This document shows, one piece after another, positions 28,959 to 41,909 of a stretch of 64,000 nt of DNA. The stretch spans positions 30,814,001 through 30,878,000 of the forward strand of contig OX597827.1 of the NCBI GenBank assembly GCA_951406725.2, read 5' to 3'. A program made the position numbers and the translations under genes. Numbering within the stretch: position 1 is the first letter of the stretch; every line of letters begins with the position of its first letter. The notes below the pieces were generated by a model that saw only the letters and a list, made by a program, of their open reading frames with translations, did no database searches and was not told where the DNA came from. The stretch is from Octopus vulgaris (Eukaryota).

Positions 28959-29340
28959 GGTGGCTGGAAAGAAATGAGGCATTAGAAATTGCTTGTAGAA
29001 TTTTTAGTGTCACTGAAGTCATGATGTAAACATTTTTTAAACAAACAACATTAATGGGGATTTCCTATTTTATTGTCTTATTTCTTATTTCCCTGACAGC
29101 CAGTCACTTGACTGTTCAGGGGCGAATTAACATCACAGCATGCTATGAAGTGTGGAATTCTATTGTTTTGGTTCAGAGATGATGGTGTGTTTTGCTTCAG
29201 AAAAGTTTTGTGAATGATGCAAGAAGTGGCCATCCAACCACATTCCAATCAGTGGAGAATGTGGCAACAGTGTAGGAAATGTTTAATCGTAGCCCACAAA
29301 AAAATCAACATGTCAAGCAGCTCATGAAAGTGGATTGTTT
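28956..29340 (+). mobile_element. 5' fragment of a Tc1/mariner element
   Basis: TA/CAGGGTG start after (TA)n; decayed HTH-region coding (RSGHP, RSPQKST-like). Confidence 0.5.
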
Positions 29341-29693
29341 TTGTTTAAGTCCAGGTCTGTTCTGACTGACCAGACCTATGATTAAAGAAGCTCCAGTTAT
29401 GACCATTCCATGTCAATGCATAATACATCTGGAAATGCATAATCCAATGTATCCTTCTTGTTTTAAACCAGTAAGGCATGCTTTGAAGGAGATTTGGCTG
29501 CTATTTCTAGTAGGTCAAACAACTGCATAAATGCTCCCATATTTGGCCAGTGTTTATTCATTTCAGATGTAGAAGACAGCGTAATGAAGATGTGTGAGTG
29601 AGTGAGAGAGAGAGAGAGAGAGAGAAGAAAGGAAAACAGTATAGTAGACATTATGTTAATCCAGTTCAATACTTGAATGTTCTGAGTCCATAC

Positions 29694-29783
29694 CTTGCTG
29701 TAGGTCTGGCAAGGTAGATAAAATATCTATCAATAATATTCTCAGATACATTACAACAGACTGTAATTATTCTTCTCTTGCTG
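29694..29783 (-). other. Candidate exon of an unidentified gene (90 nt, NAGNAG acceptor)
   Basis: tccttttagcag acceptor, AAG/gtatgg donor; open frame SKRRIITVCCNVSENIIDRYFIYLARPTAR in phase with the 35.6 kb exon. Confidence 0.45.
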
Positions 29784-31621
29784 CTAAAAGGAAATAAATA
29801 ATTAAAAAAGGGGAAAAAAATGCCTAGAAATTCACAAAACCTGATTTACTCAAAAGAAATCAACATTAATTGAATCAGTGTGTAAAAAGAGCTCAGGAGA
29901 ATGGAGAGATTATGAGTTTGGAGGAATTGGTATGCCAGAATATATTTACATAAAAGAGTTTTAAACTGAACTAAAGCTGTTTGATAGAAGCAAAAACACT
30001 TAATGAGGGTTTTGTTGACTGGTAGAAAGGTTAAAAGGACAGGGAAGTACACTGCAGTAGCCATTGCATTGTGTTCCTTCATAGGCAAGTTCCTTCAAAT
30101 TACTTGCCCTGAAGCCAAACTGGTGTTAGATTTATTGTCATCTGGATTGTTTTTGGATCACAACATTGTCAAGGCCAAGGGGTGCCCAGACAATCCAAGA
30201 TCTCCATAACAACCTGCTCAAACCTATGTTATGGAAAGTGTCTTCCATTATCAAACTGAGACAGATGGATGTTATAAGATAATGAATGAATGAGCAAAAT
30301 GAATGGTGGAATTCTTATAGAAAGTGCTGGATTCTTTGGAAGCAGGTTTTTCCTATTTGTGTGTATTGACAAAATCAGATCAGTGTGAGACAAATGTTAC
30401 ATGTATGATGCTAGGAGTGGTTTGATACAAACAGGATAGGAAAGTTAGTGAGTGGGTATGAAATAAGATGCATAAGATGTTTTTAGGATACTGCTTGGTA
30501 AGAATTAATAAGATGGAATGGAAAAAGAAAGAAGCATTAAGATAGACAGAAACCAGGCAAAAATGTGAGAAGAATAAATCAATTGAACCTTAGTGGTAAA
30601 TGCCACAGATCAGTTGGAGCAAAAGGAGAATTGGTAAAAGAAAGACTGTAATAGTCAAGTGAGTAATGCAGTTACTAACAATGTCTATAGAGTAAGAATG
30701 ACATTCTAATTAGAAGTATATTGTGTAAGATGGACATTTGCTTGATGGAATGCATACGGAGAGCGCACATTACATTATTATATCTAAGACATGTCAATAT
30801 GACCAGGATTGTTGGTATGACCTGATAAAGGAATTGGGTGAGGTTGAATTGAAAACTGTAATTTTGGTGGAAAATGAAATCATGAATAAGATTTGAAATT
30901 TAATAAAGAACAATGTATATTTGTGAAATGGAGATAGGTGCAGGAGTCGTGGCTGTATGGTGAGAAGTTTGCTTCCCAACCACATGGTTCTGGGTTCAGT
31001 CCCACTGTGTGGCACTTTGGGCAGGTGTCTTCTTACTATAAACCTTGGGCTGACCAAAGCCTTATGAGTGGATTTGGCAGATGGAAACTGAAAGAAGCCC
31101 ATCATATATTTATATATCTATAAGTGTGTGTCTTTGTGTTTGTGTTTGTTCCCCTGTCACCACTTCACAACTGGTGTTGGTGTGTTTATGTCTCCGTAAC
31201 ATAGCAGTTTAGCAAAAGAAACCAATAAAATAAGTACCAGTCTTTAAAAAGAATGAAAAGTTCTGGGGTCAATTCATTCGACTAAAAATTCTTCAAGGTG
31301 GTGCCCCAGCATAGCCACAGTTTAATGACTGAAAAATAAATAAAAGATAAAAGACCAGAGGAAAACAAGTTTCTACATTTGTAGTTAAGACATAATCTTG
31401 TTTCTTAAAACTGAAGTTGGTGAAATGGCAATAGACAGCAAACTGGCAGTCATTGGAGCACCAGACCACCTGTGTGGCACCTTGGGCAAGTGTCTTCTAC
31501 AATAGCTTTGGGTCAACCAAAGCCTTGTGAGTGGATTTCGAAGACAGAAACTAGAAAAAGCCTGTTGTGTGCGTGTGTATCTTTGTGCATGTGTATCTTT
31601 GTGCGTGTGTATCTTTGTGCG

Positions 31622-31656
<35 letters not shown>

Positions 31657-32875
31657 GTGCGTCTTTGTGTGTGTGTGTGTCTTTGTGTATGTGTGTCTTT
31701 GTGTGTGAGTGTGTCTTTGTGTGTGTGTGTCTTTGAGTGTGTGTGTGTGCGTGTGTGTTTGTGTGTGTGTATCTTTGTGTCTGTCCCCCCACAACTAGTT
31801 GACAACTGGTGTTGGTTTGCTTACATCCCTGTAACTCAGCAGTTTGACAAATGAGACCAACGGAATAAGTAACAAACTTCAAAAAATATAAATACTGGGG
31901 TTAATTCAATCAACTAACATGCTTTGAAATGGAGTACTCCAGTATGGCCGCTGTCTAATGACTGAAACAAGTAAAAAATAAAACAAACAATAAAAACATA
32001 TGTATTAAAAGCAGGTTGCTCTTGAATGCTACTGACAACATGTCACCTAAGAGAACCTGTTGCATGGTTGGGCTGTTGGTGAATAAACTGGCAACATCAC
32101 CAAACCTGTTTGATGAAAAGGGAGGTTTTTGGACAACCCACGGGATGAAAAACAAGACCTGCCAAAGGGCAGGTGAAATCAGAAGTGTCAACAGACATCC
32201 ACAAGGACTTAGAAATTCCTGATCTAGCACCCAGTGCATGTCTAACAGTGAAAGTGATTACAGAGTGTTTCCTTTGGTTCTTGTATGTAATGTTGCTGCT
32301 GTTGTTTAGCCCCAGGTCAGCCCTGACACAGCAAACCTATGGTTAGTCTACATTATTCTGTAAGGACCATTGGGTTAGTTTCCCAGTTTCTCAGGTGAAT
32401 ATATTCCTCCCTGGACTGGATGCCAGTCCATTGCAGGAATACTCATTTTTAGAAGTTGAGCAAACTGAAGTAATGTGAAATGATGGGGTTTGCCCAAGAA
32501 TAAACTGCATCAGCCAGTCCAGGAACTGAAAACAACATTCTTATGATCATGAAGTCCAATACCCCTATCACAAAGCCTTGCACCTCCATATACAGCAGAC
32601 CTACAACCAAGGTATTCTAGCTGTAATTGAATTGCTTTAGTTTTAAACATAATGTACCAAGGACTAATTTATAAAAGCATCCAGGCCACACTGTGAAGCG
32701 GTTGGCATTTGGAAGGGTATCCATCTGTAAAAAACATGCCAAAACTGACTCTGTGCAGGGTGGTTGGTGTTAGGAAGGCATCCTGCTGTAAAAACTCTAT
32801 CAAAACAGATGGAGTAGCCTGGGGTAGTCTTCTACCTGGCCGGCTCCTATTGAACCATCCAACCCATGTCAGCAT

Positions 32876-32922
<47 letters not shown>

Positions 32923-32962
32923 TATATTATTATATGATCGAATGCCGCGCATCCATTTCCAA

Positions 32963-33002
<40 letters not shown>

Positions 33003-33036
33003 CTATATCTATATATGTGTATATATATACGTGTAT

Positions 33037-33517
33037 ATGACATCCCTCACGCCGGACTTCTTTCTGATGATTTTGCTACTGATGTGCTCTCTCAACGAGA
33101 TACCAAGCATTGACCTTTCCATGGCTCTTTGAGCCGTTACCAGTCTCTGCTCTTCTCTCTTTGTGGTAGCCCATGTTTCACTACCATATAACATTGCAGG
33201 TAGAACTGTACTGTTGATGAGGTCGGCGTGAGGGATGTCATCGCAGAGTATACACGCAGCAAATTTAGATGGGCTGGACACATCGTCCAGCTCACCGATA
33301 ATTGGTGGACTCGCGCAGTTGTCAAGTTGTACCCGCGAAAGTGGAAACGACCACCTGGAAGGCCTCCACGACGGTGGAGTTACGATTTCAGGAGGACAAT
33401 TGGGATCATGTGGATGAGAAAGGCGCAATCCAGAGAGGAGTGGACAGTGTGGTGTGACCAGCGGTGTCAAATGGACACCCGACGGACTGGTCGGTCAAGG
33501 TGGTATATATCAAGGTG
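33037..33517 (+). mobile_element. RTE-clade LINE 3' end with inverted 5' segment
   Basis: Minus 33037-33225 LYGSETW..GVRDVI; plus 33222-33500 GVRDVI..RWAGH..PPGRPPRRW; flanked by ATATATACGTGTATAT duplication. Confidence 0.85.
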
Positions 33518-33582
33518 ATATATACGTGTATATATATACACGCACACGTATACATATATACACACATATATATATATATGTA

Positions 33583-33629
<47 letters not shown>

Positions 33630-33630
33630 T

Positions 33631-34880
33631 GCCAACCCCGCCTCGAATGGCTTCTGTGCCGGTGGCACATAAAAAGCACCATCCGAACGTGGCCGATGCC
33701 AGCACCGCCCCGACTGGCTTCTGTGCCGGTGGCACATAAAAAGCACCATCCAACCATGGCCGATGCCAGCACCGCCTCGACTGGCTTCTGTGCCGGTGGC
33801 ACATAAAAAGCACCAACCGATCGTGGGATCCCGGAACATCTCGCTGTGCTTGAGGAGACCTGTTGAGTCAAGTGCATGTACATGAGAATCGAACCAAATA
33901 TCAATGGAAACAGTAGCTGTGATACCTGTGCCGGTGACACATAAAAAGCACCATCCGAATGTGGCCATTGCCAGTGCAGCCTCCACTGGCTTCTGTGCCG
34001 GTGGCACATAAAAAGCTCCATCCAAACGTGACCGATGCCAACCCCGCCAGCACCATCCGAACGTGGCCGTTGCCAGTGCAGCCTCCACTGGCTTCTGTGC
34101 CGGTGGCACATAAAAAGTTCCATCCGAACGTAACCGATGCCAACCCCGCCTCGAATGGCTTCTGTGCCGGTGGCATATAAAAAGCACCATCCGAACGTGG
34201 CCGATGCCAGCACCGCCCCGACTGGCTTCTGTGCCGGTGGCACATAAAAAGCACCATCCGAGCGTGGCCGACACCAGCACTGCCTCGACTGGCTTTTGTG
34301 CCGGTGGCACATAAAAAGCACCAACCGATCGTGGGATCCCGGAACATCTCGCTGTGCTTGAGGAGACCTGTTGAGTCAAGTGCATGTACATGAACATCGA
34401 ACCAAATATCAATGGAAACAGTAGTTGTGATACCTGTGCCGGTGACACATAAAAAGCACCATCTGAACGTGGCCGTTGCCAGTGCAGCCTCCACTGGCTT
34501 CTGTGCCGGTGGCATATAAAAAAGCACCATCCGAACGTGACCGATGCCAACCCTGCCTCGAATGGCTTCTGTGCCGGTGGCACATAAAAAGCACCATCCG
34601 AACGTGGCCGATGCCAGCACCGCCTTGACTGGCTTCTGTGCCGGTAGCACATAAAAAAAGCACCAACCGATCATGGCCGATGCCAGACCCCTCTGGCACC
34701 TGTGCAGGTGGCACGTAAAAAGCACCCACTACACTCGCGGAAACACTGCCAGATCAGACTGGAGCCTGTGGCAGCCTCTGGCAGCCTCTGGCAGCCTCTG
34801 GCTCCCCAGACCCCGGTCGAACCGTCCAACCCGTGCTAGCGTGGAAAACGGACGTTAAACGATGATGATGATGATGATGA
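33631..34880 (+). repeat. Expanded RTE 3' UTR minisatellite (about 14 units of about 67 bp) ending in a (GAT)n tail
   Basis: Unit core GTGCCGGTGGCACATAAAAAGCACC; homologous to the RTE 3' UTR at 59660-59900. Confidence 0.85.
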
Positions 34881-35011
34881 TATATATATATAAATGGTAT
34901 AATTTAATGTTTCGTTATTGAATTGATAAAAGGTGGTTTTATTCTAATTTATACATATAAATATATATGTATATATTGAAATATGAATTAGAAGCAGTGC
35001 TAGTGTTGTAA

Positions 35012-35400
35012 ATATTATCAAACACACAGAACACATGTGCTTCGCTTGTTTGCCAGTTGGCTGCAGTTCGGTACGGTGGGGATGACTTCATTGAAGTGTT
35101 GGGTGTTAAAACACCAGAAAGTCACCTGAAATGGTTTTTTACACTATTTGTATATAGTCTTAGACTGCCTATTTTGTTCGCCACCAATTTGGTTCAGAAA
35201 TGTGATGTTGATAAGCCACGAAAATGGCAAAACATCAATGTCCATTGCTTCTAAATGGGATTTGGGGTGAGTTGTCTTACTTATCAATGACTTTCAGGTG
35301 TTTTAACACCCAGCCTTTTGACAGAATCATCTCCACTGCACCAAATTGCAGCCTATTGGTGAACAAAGCACATACACTGAGAATGTGTGTTTGATAATAT
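35012..35400. mobile_element. Fold-back MITE with long imperfect inverted repeats
   Basis: ATATTATCAAACACAC / GTGTGTTTGATAATAT and GGGTGTTAAAACACC / GGTGTTTTAACACCC. Confidence 0.7.
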
Positions 35401-35531
35401 ATTTAAGATGATGGGATGGGGTTGTGATTTGAGGAAGATTTGACTATTATTTCTAGTGGGCCAAGCAGCCACATAGAGGTCTCCTTCTTGGCTTGGAAAG
35501 GCTAAGATTTATTTGGAAGATGGCATCTAAC

Positions 35532-35621
35532 CAGTTGATTAAGCAGTTAAATGAAAATTTGTTAGCTGTTCTCACGACAAAGTGAGCTGTTTCAGTTGGG
35601 ATAAGACAAAGTACAAATGGA
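35532..35621 (-). other. Candidate exon of an unidentified gene (90 nt; coding or 5' UTR)
   Basis: Long pyrimidine tract plus cag, gttaga donor; one open frame PFVLCLIPTETAHFVVRTANKFSFNCLIN. Confidence 0.4.
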
Positions 35622-36032
35622 CTGAGAGAAGAGAGAAGGAAAGAAAAAAAAACAACAAAAAACAAAATGAAAACAAAGCATTTCCAGTTGAATTGAAACA
35701 CTGAAAAGAGAAACCATGAAAACAACCAGAAGCTCACAAGAGGTGGGAGGGACGGGTGGGGTGGGAGGAGAAAATTAAAGAGAAAAATACTAAAAGCAAC
35801 AATGAGAAATGAAAAAACAACAACAACAAAATCAAATGATGATAAAAGGAAAAAGAAAATAAATTCAGCTTATTTATATTTTGAAATTGTTGTCTTGGGT
35901 AATGGCAGTTCGGATATTGTTAGTGTTTGAAATTTTCCATTTGAGAATCTTCTTTTTAAAAAAAAAATATCTGACGCCTTGTGAAAGCTTTTATTATTAT
36001 TATACAGCAAAAGTGTTCATTAAAGAAGAAGA

Positions 36033-36128
<96 letters not shown>

Positions 36129-36454
36129 CAACGATCTTATTAGTTCAGTTGTATTCTATTTATGTTTGAAGCCAGTAGAAAAAGCAGACACCAATGTATT
36201 TTCCAGAACTTATAGTTTAAGCTAGATCCTTTGTAAGACAGTTATTGTTCAAACATCAACATATAATCCCATAGAGATTTATAATTTCAGAGAAATAGAG
36301 AATGTTGGAAAGAGTAAGTTCAGCTTTGGTGAACAAGTGATTCAATACATTTTGTATTTTGTGCTATCTTATCATATTCATGTTAATTTTCCAGAATATA
36401 CATACATACATGCATGCATTTATACATATAAAATATAACCATACACACATAACC

Positions 36455-36521
<67 letters not shown>

Positions 36522-36552
36522 TAATTATACATACATACATACTTATATATTT

Positions 36553-36588
<36 letters not shown>

Positions 36589-37177
36589 TAAATTGCACAC
36601 AAACAAACACATATATATGTAAAACTTATTGTTGTAGATAAAGACAAATTGAAAAGAGAATATAAACAAGTCAAAAAAAAAAGAAGAAAAGAAAGAAAAA
36701 GTGAAATGAAATGAAATGCGAGAGCTTACAAAGTAAGAAAAGATTGCATATAAAGGAAGGCAATCGACAAGTTATAAAAGAAAAACGTTAAAATAAACGA
36801 AATATGTAAAAGTCTATAGAAAATGGAAAGAAAAGAACAAAATAAGTGCACAATATTAAGTCTATTGAATGTGAAAAGAAAGAAGAAGAAAAAGAAGAGA
36901 TCTATAGTCATGGGACAATCAAAAATTGAAATATCATATTGGGGAAGTTTTCATATAAAGAAATACTGATTTTTTTTGTTTTGTTGTCTTTTCTTTTTAC
37001 TTATATGCACAAGGCCAATTTGGTTTAAAGGAGGGTGAGAGTAGGAGTTGATTGGATCAGTCATCAGTATATGACTGGTACATTATTATTTCGTTGATCT
37101 TTGAGTATGAAAGACAAAGTTGACCTGCTCAGGGTTTGAACTCAGAACCAAGAGGGACAACGAAAATGAAGGAGATG

Positions 37178-37277
37178 NNNNNNNNNNNNNNNNNNNNNNN
37201 NNNNNNNNNNNNNNNNNNNNNNNNNNNNNNNNNNNNNNNNNNNNNNNNNNNNNNNNNNNNNNNNNNNNNNNNNNNNN
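37178..37277. other. Assembly gap (100 N)
   Basis: Run of N; a length of exactly 100 suggests a gap of unknown size. Confidence 0.99.
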
Positions 37278-37863
37278 AAATCTCAACTTGGAAAATGAAA
37301 TGTTAGTTTTAACAAATACATCAAAATGCATCCAGAACTGCAGCATTGGTCAGTCAAAATGAACCAATTCTTCTCTAGTAATAATGCCTGACTATGTCTT
37401 ACAGATGATTTTGCAGAAATTAATGAATTAGGCGACAAAATTCTACTACATCTAGCTTCATTCCTAGATCCTCTTTCCAACTGTCTTGCACTTTTTCAAA
37501 CATCTTCATTATTTCCTGCAGAAAAAGCACTTTAAAAACCAAACAGTAGCTCGAAACATATTTGGAAAATTCACCAATTCCAGAATTTCAAAATTCTCCA
37601 CAACCAGGACAGAGTTGTTTCTTCTTAGCAAAAACGAATGGATTCTAATAATTATTATTTCAATCAATAAAATTTAATCAGACCTGTGATATTGCTTAAA
37701 ATTTAATGGTTAAAAACTGCAATTATATAGAAACAGCAGACTAGTCTACCTCAGATTACACTTTACTGTCTTTAGAAATGAATAGCATACACACTATCTC
37801 TATAAAATAGACAGGATGGTCACATATAAGACGTCTTTGATTTCATTTCTGCTAAATCAACGT

Positions 37864-37940
37864 TTACAACAGGTTAAACAGTATTAGCTTCTCTTTCACA
37901 AACTTGGTGAAGGGACATAACTGTGTTTGCTTCAGTTTGC
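37864..37940 (-). CDS. NCAPH: Possible next NCAPH exon KLKQTQLCPFTKF..., no strong donor before TAA
   Basis: ttaattag acceptor in the required phase 1; QLCP resembles CAP-H QICP; 3' boundary uncertain. Confidence 0.4.
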
Positions 37941-39568
37941 CTAATTAAATACCAAATTGAATATACATAATGTAACAAACCAAGAAATTATAATCAATTA
38001 AAACTACATCCATAATGAGAAGAACCAATCATTATCTTAATGATTAAATGGGGTTTGAAAAGACAAGGGAGACAAAACACTAAATTTAAATTTAAAATGG
38101 CATGCAGTTGGAGGGAATATAATCTCTGAAACTTTTAAGAACTTTGGGCATAAGGACTGCACTTTGGAATGGTTTGAGTGGAGTCATTTAAATTCCAGAA
38201 GGAATATGGTGCTGTACTGAAAACACTGCTTCAAAGTGGATGTAACCTGAGGCTACCAGATTTTGAATATTGAGAATTGGCTCCCTACCATTAGACCAAT
38301 TCCTGATCAATAAGATTGCTTACAATGGAAAACAAGGTGCACATAGGCACAACTGTGCACAATAACTGATGTCAATGGCAGCGCTATTTCAATGTCCACT
38401 TTTCTATGTTTGTATGGTTTGGATAGAAGTATCTGAAGCAGATTTTTTATGGCTAGTAGCCCTTCCTCACCTGTTTCCAGCTAAGACAATAGCAAGACAT
38501 GTTCTCACAGGATATTGGAAACAAATGACACTGCTTGTATGACAGTGACACTCATTTATGACTATAATACAATGTTGGCAGAACTACTGCATTATATAGC
38601 ATAGCCTTTGTGTCAGTACTGATGCTTTGTTACCCAGATTGGCTCATATGCTGTAATATGACCCCTACTTTACCACTTCTGTTCACATCACTTTCTGTGA
38701 TTCCATCGCTTCTGATCTCACTGCTCAGATAAGAGCAACAGTCCAGATCTTTCAAAACCTGTTTACCTAAAGATAAAAGGTTAAGTTGTGGGATTAATCT
38801 GCATCACCTTGGCTGTTCCTCAGATAATCCAAAATTCAATCTTGCCTGTTTGTTCTTGAGTTTTGAGACCAGCTCTTACTTCTGCCAGCAGTGCAATGTG
38901 TAAGGCTTCTATTTCAAGCAGATAAAGAGACCGAGCAGAAATTCTCTTGGTGTTTTCTTTTACCTTGTTGGTATGGGTTGGACAGGTTTGTAAAGTTACT
39001 GTAGCTTTGCACACGCTTAAATCCCTGAGGCAAAACTCATTCCATCCGCATTACATCATTATCTCATCGTTATCATTTTGATGTCTATTTTTCCATGCTT
39101 ACATGGGTCAAATGGGGTTCACTGATGTGGATTTTCTATGGCTGGATGCCCTTCCAGTGGCCAACCCTCACCAGGTTTCAAGCAAAATATTAGTTCTCCC
39201 TGACTGGACACACTTTCATGAATGACTGGAAATGAATAACACTGCTTGTATGACAGTGATGCCTGTTTACAACTCTTGTATGATGCCAAGAAAAGATGGC
39301 ACACACACACACACACACACCAATGTACACATACACAAATGATAGCCTTCTTTCACTTTTAATCTACCAAATCCACTTATAAGGTTTTGATTGACCTGGG
39401 GCTATTGTAGAAGACATTTGCCCAAGGTACCACACAGTGGGACAGAACCCAGCACCATGTGGTTGGAAGGTGGATTTCTTAACCACAACAGTTACGCCTG
39501 AAGTGATAAACATAAAAAAAGAAGACTGTTCAAAAGATAACATAAAAGAACTCAAAACAAAAACTTAC

Positions 39569-39758
39569 TCTTAATATCTTCAACATCAATTGAATCTCTG
39601 TACGAGCTGTGCACTTTTTTATCCTCAATGTCTTTGATGACAGAAGAAGAATCGAGCACAATGTCACAGCAATCAGTGTAACAACTGATAGCACTAAGTA
39701 ACAGATTTGAGTTGCCTTCAGCAAAAGATGAAGTTAAGGACTTGAACAGAGGGTCCAT
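39569..39758 (-). CDS. NCAPH: NCAPH exon: MDPLFKSLTSSFAEGNSNLLLSAISCYTDCCDIVLDSS...
   Basis: Pyrimidine tract plus aag acceptor, gtaagt donor; resembles CAP-H DPxFxKxxxxFDE. Confidence 0.9.
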
Positions 39759-39825
39759 CTTTGGAAAGAAAGAAAGTAGAAGGGTTCAGAGATACAAGAT
39801 AAAATGAATTAACATGAACAATATA

Positions 39826-40416
39826 CAACTAGAAAAGCACTCGGAAAGTGCAGACCTCCGCCAAGCAGCTCATTTCCACCCATATACATGCATGCTGAAA
39901 ATCGCCCAATTTTCCAAACCAATGCTGGCAAAAACATAAACTCCTTGGCAGAGGTAAAAAAAAATAACAGCCATAAGATTTTATAAAAAAAAAATACCCT
40001 TTAAAAACAGGAATCATCCCAATAGTCAAGGCTTGTCATGTCATCCTCCGCCAAGCAGCTCACTTTAAGATAGATATGCGAGTAAAATTACTAATAGAGA
40101 AACGAAAATAAACTTTAGAAACAGCAACGCCACCATAGGTTACGTGGAAACGATGAACGTGTTTTCAAGGGAGATAATCAAAGAACATAAAATTGTAATA
40201 CTTCATGTAAAGTAAATATAACAAATGAAAAAGCCTTCAAGAATCCATAAAAATTCCCGGATCTCTGCCAAAATTTCATCATCTGTTCCTTGTGTCATTA
40301 CCAACTTTTCCTGCAAGTTTCATCAAATACCGTTCACAACTTTTTGAGTTATTTTGCATACAGACGGACAAACCAACACCAATGGAAACATAACCTCCTT
40401 CCTTGGCAGAGGTAAT
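39826..40416. mobile_element. Helentron/DINE-like non-autonomous element
   Basis: Subterminal inverted motifs ACCTCCGCCAAG / CTTGGCAGAGGT, terminal hairpin, ACAGACGGAC repeat. Confidence 0.6.
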
Positions 40417-41300
40417 AAATTCCGTATGCTATGAAACATTCCTTACATATAATATACAATGCTACATTACCTGTACAATATACTACACATACAATAAAAT
40501 ACATAGATAGATACAAACAACTCCAATTAAAGAACCTTTTGCATACAAAGACCATGCAAACATGTCATGACATTAGGAAGTTGTGATATCTTTTTGTGGT
40601 GGACTGCAAGCCAATGACATCAACAGGAAACCAATGTTTAGAAGCCAGCAAACACAAACACAGGCGTGTCATCATTATCATCATCATTTAGCATGTGTGT
40701 TTCCTGCTGCCATGGGTCGGACAGTTGGACAGAATACATTGGACCCAAGAACTACATCATGCTCCAGTGTATGTTTGGCATGGTTTCTATGGCTGGATGC
40801 CCTTCCTCCTCCTACGACAACATTGTCATCATCACTTAACGCCAATTTCAATGCTAGCATGGGTTGGACAGAAGCTGGCAAGGCCAGGAGCCACATCAGG
40901 TTCCAATGTCTGTTTTGGCATGGTTTTTTTTACAGCTGGATGCCCTTCCTAATGCCAACCACTTTACAGAGCACACTGGGTGTTTTTTATGTGGCACCAC
41001 AATAGTGCCATACAATGAATTTCTTCAGTTTCCATGTACCAAATCTTATCAGAAGGCTTTGGTCAGCCTGGTGCCATAGCAGAAGACACTGCCTGTGCAA
41101 GGTGCCACTCAGTGTAACTAAACCTGAAACCACAGGTCAGGAAGCAAATTTTTCAACCACAGGTCAGCCAAGCTTAATATACCAACTAAACAACATTGTA
41201 AACAATGATTTTGCTTTGTTTTGTTTATAAATGTTTTGTTTTGTTTTGTTTATATACACAGAAACAAAATGAAAATAGAAATAAATAAATCAATTCTCAC

Positions 41301-41369
41301 CTCAAAGTCAATCTCAAGCTTTTCCACATTAATATTCTGCAAATTGGTTTCAATAAATGTGTTCCGTTT
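41301..41369 (-). CDS. NCAPH: NCAPH exon: KRNTFIETNLQNINVEKLEIDFE
   Basis: aacttcag acceptor, gtgaga donor, 69 nt; resembles CAP-H TIEQNINNLNV and leads in frame into DPLF. Confidence 0.9.
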
Positions 41370-41819
41370 CTGAAGTTAAACGAAGAGCAACAGATTAATA
41401 CAAGCTTCATTACTGCGATCAAATGTGATATCAGGTAAAAAATATGGTTCCTAAGCATGTTGGAAAACCAGCTTCCAATCCTGTAACCTAAACCAAAATA
41501 TCGAGACAACAACAAAGGATTCACAGAATTCACAGCAAGAGAGAAAGAAAAACATTCCAAGAGTGTTTCCTTGTTGCATCACCCCAGCAGTGTGTAGGAT
41601 TTGATCTCAAGACATGCAAGGACAAATGACAAAGAATGCGATCCTCCACTCTAAGGAAGTCTGACAAAGATGGTTAGTTTCTGTAACCCAGAACGTTTGC
41701 ATGGCACTGAATCATCAAAGGTTTAAGTCTTCAAATAATGATAGAAGAGAAGGTACTATGGAGTGTTAAACTTACTTTATTATAATATCATCATTACCAT
41801 TGATGATGATGATGATGAG

Positions 41820-41851
<32 letters not shown>

Positions 41852-41870
41852 GATGATGATAATAATAATG

Positions 41871-41909
<39 letters not shown>

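Noticed and set aside
33467-34725. Long ORFs of 274-380 aa on the minus strand
   Set aside because: By-products of a stop-poor tandem repeat
33631-34730. CRISPR-like regularly spaced palindromic repeats
   Set aside because: Spacers are themselves repeated, there are no cas genes, and the unit is homologous to the RTE 3' UTR
38820-39014. Possible GIY-YIG C-terminal remnant (LLEIEALHI)
   Set aside because: Too short and degenerate to call without a search
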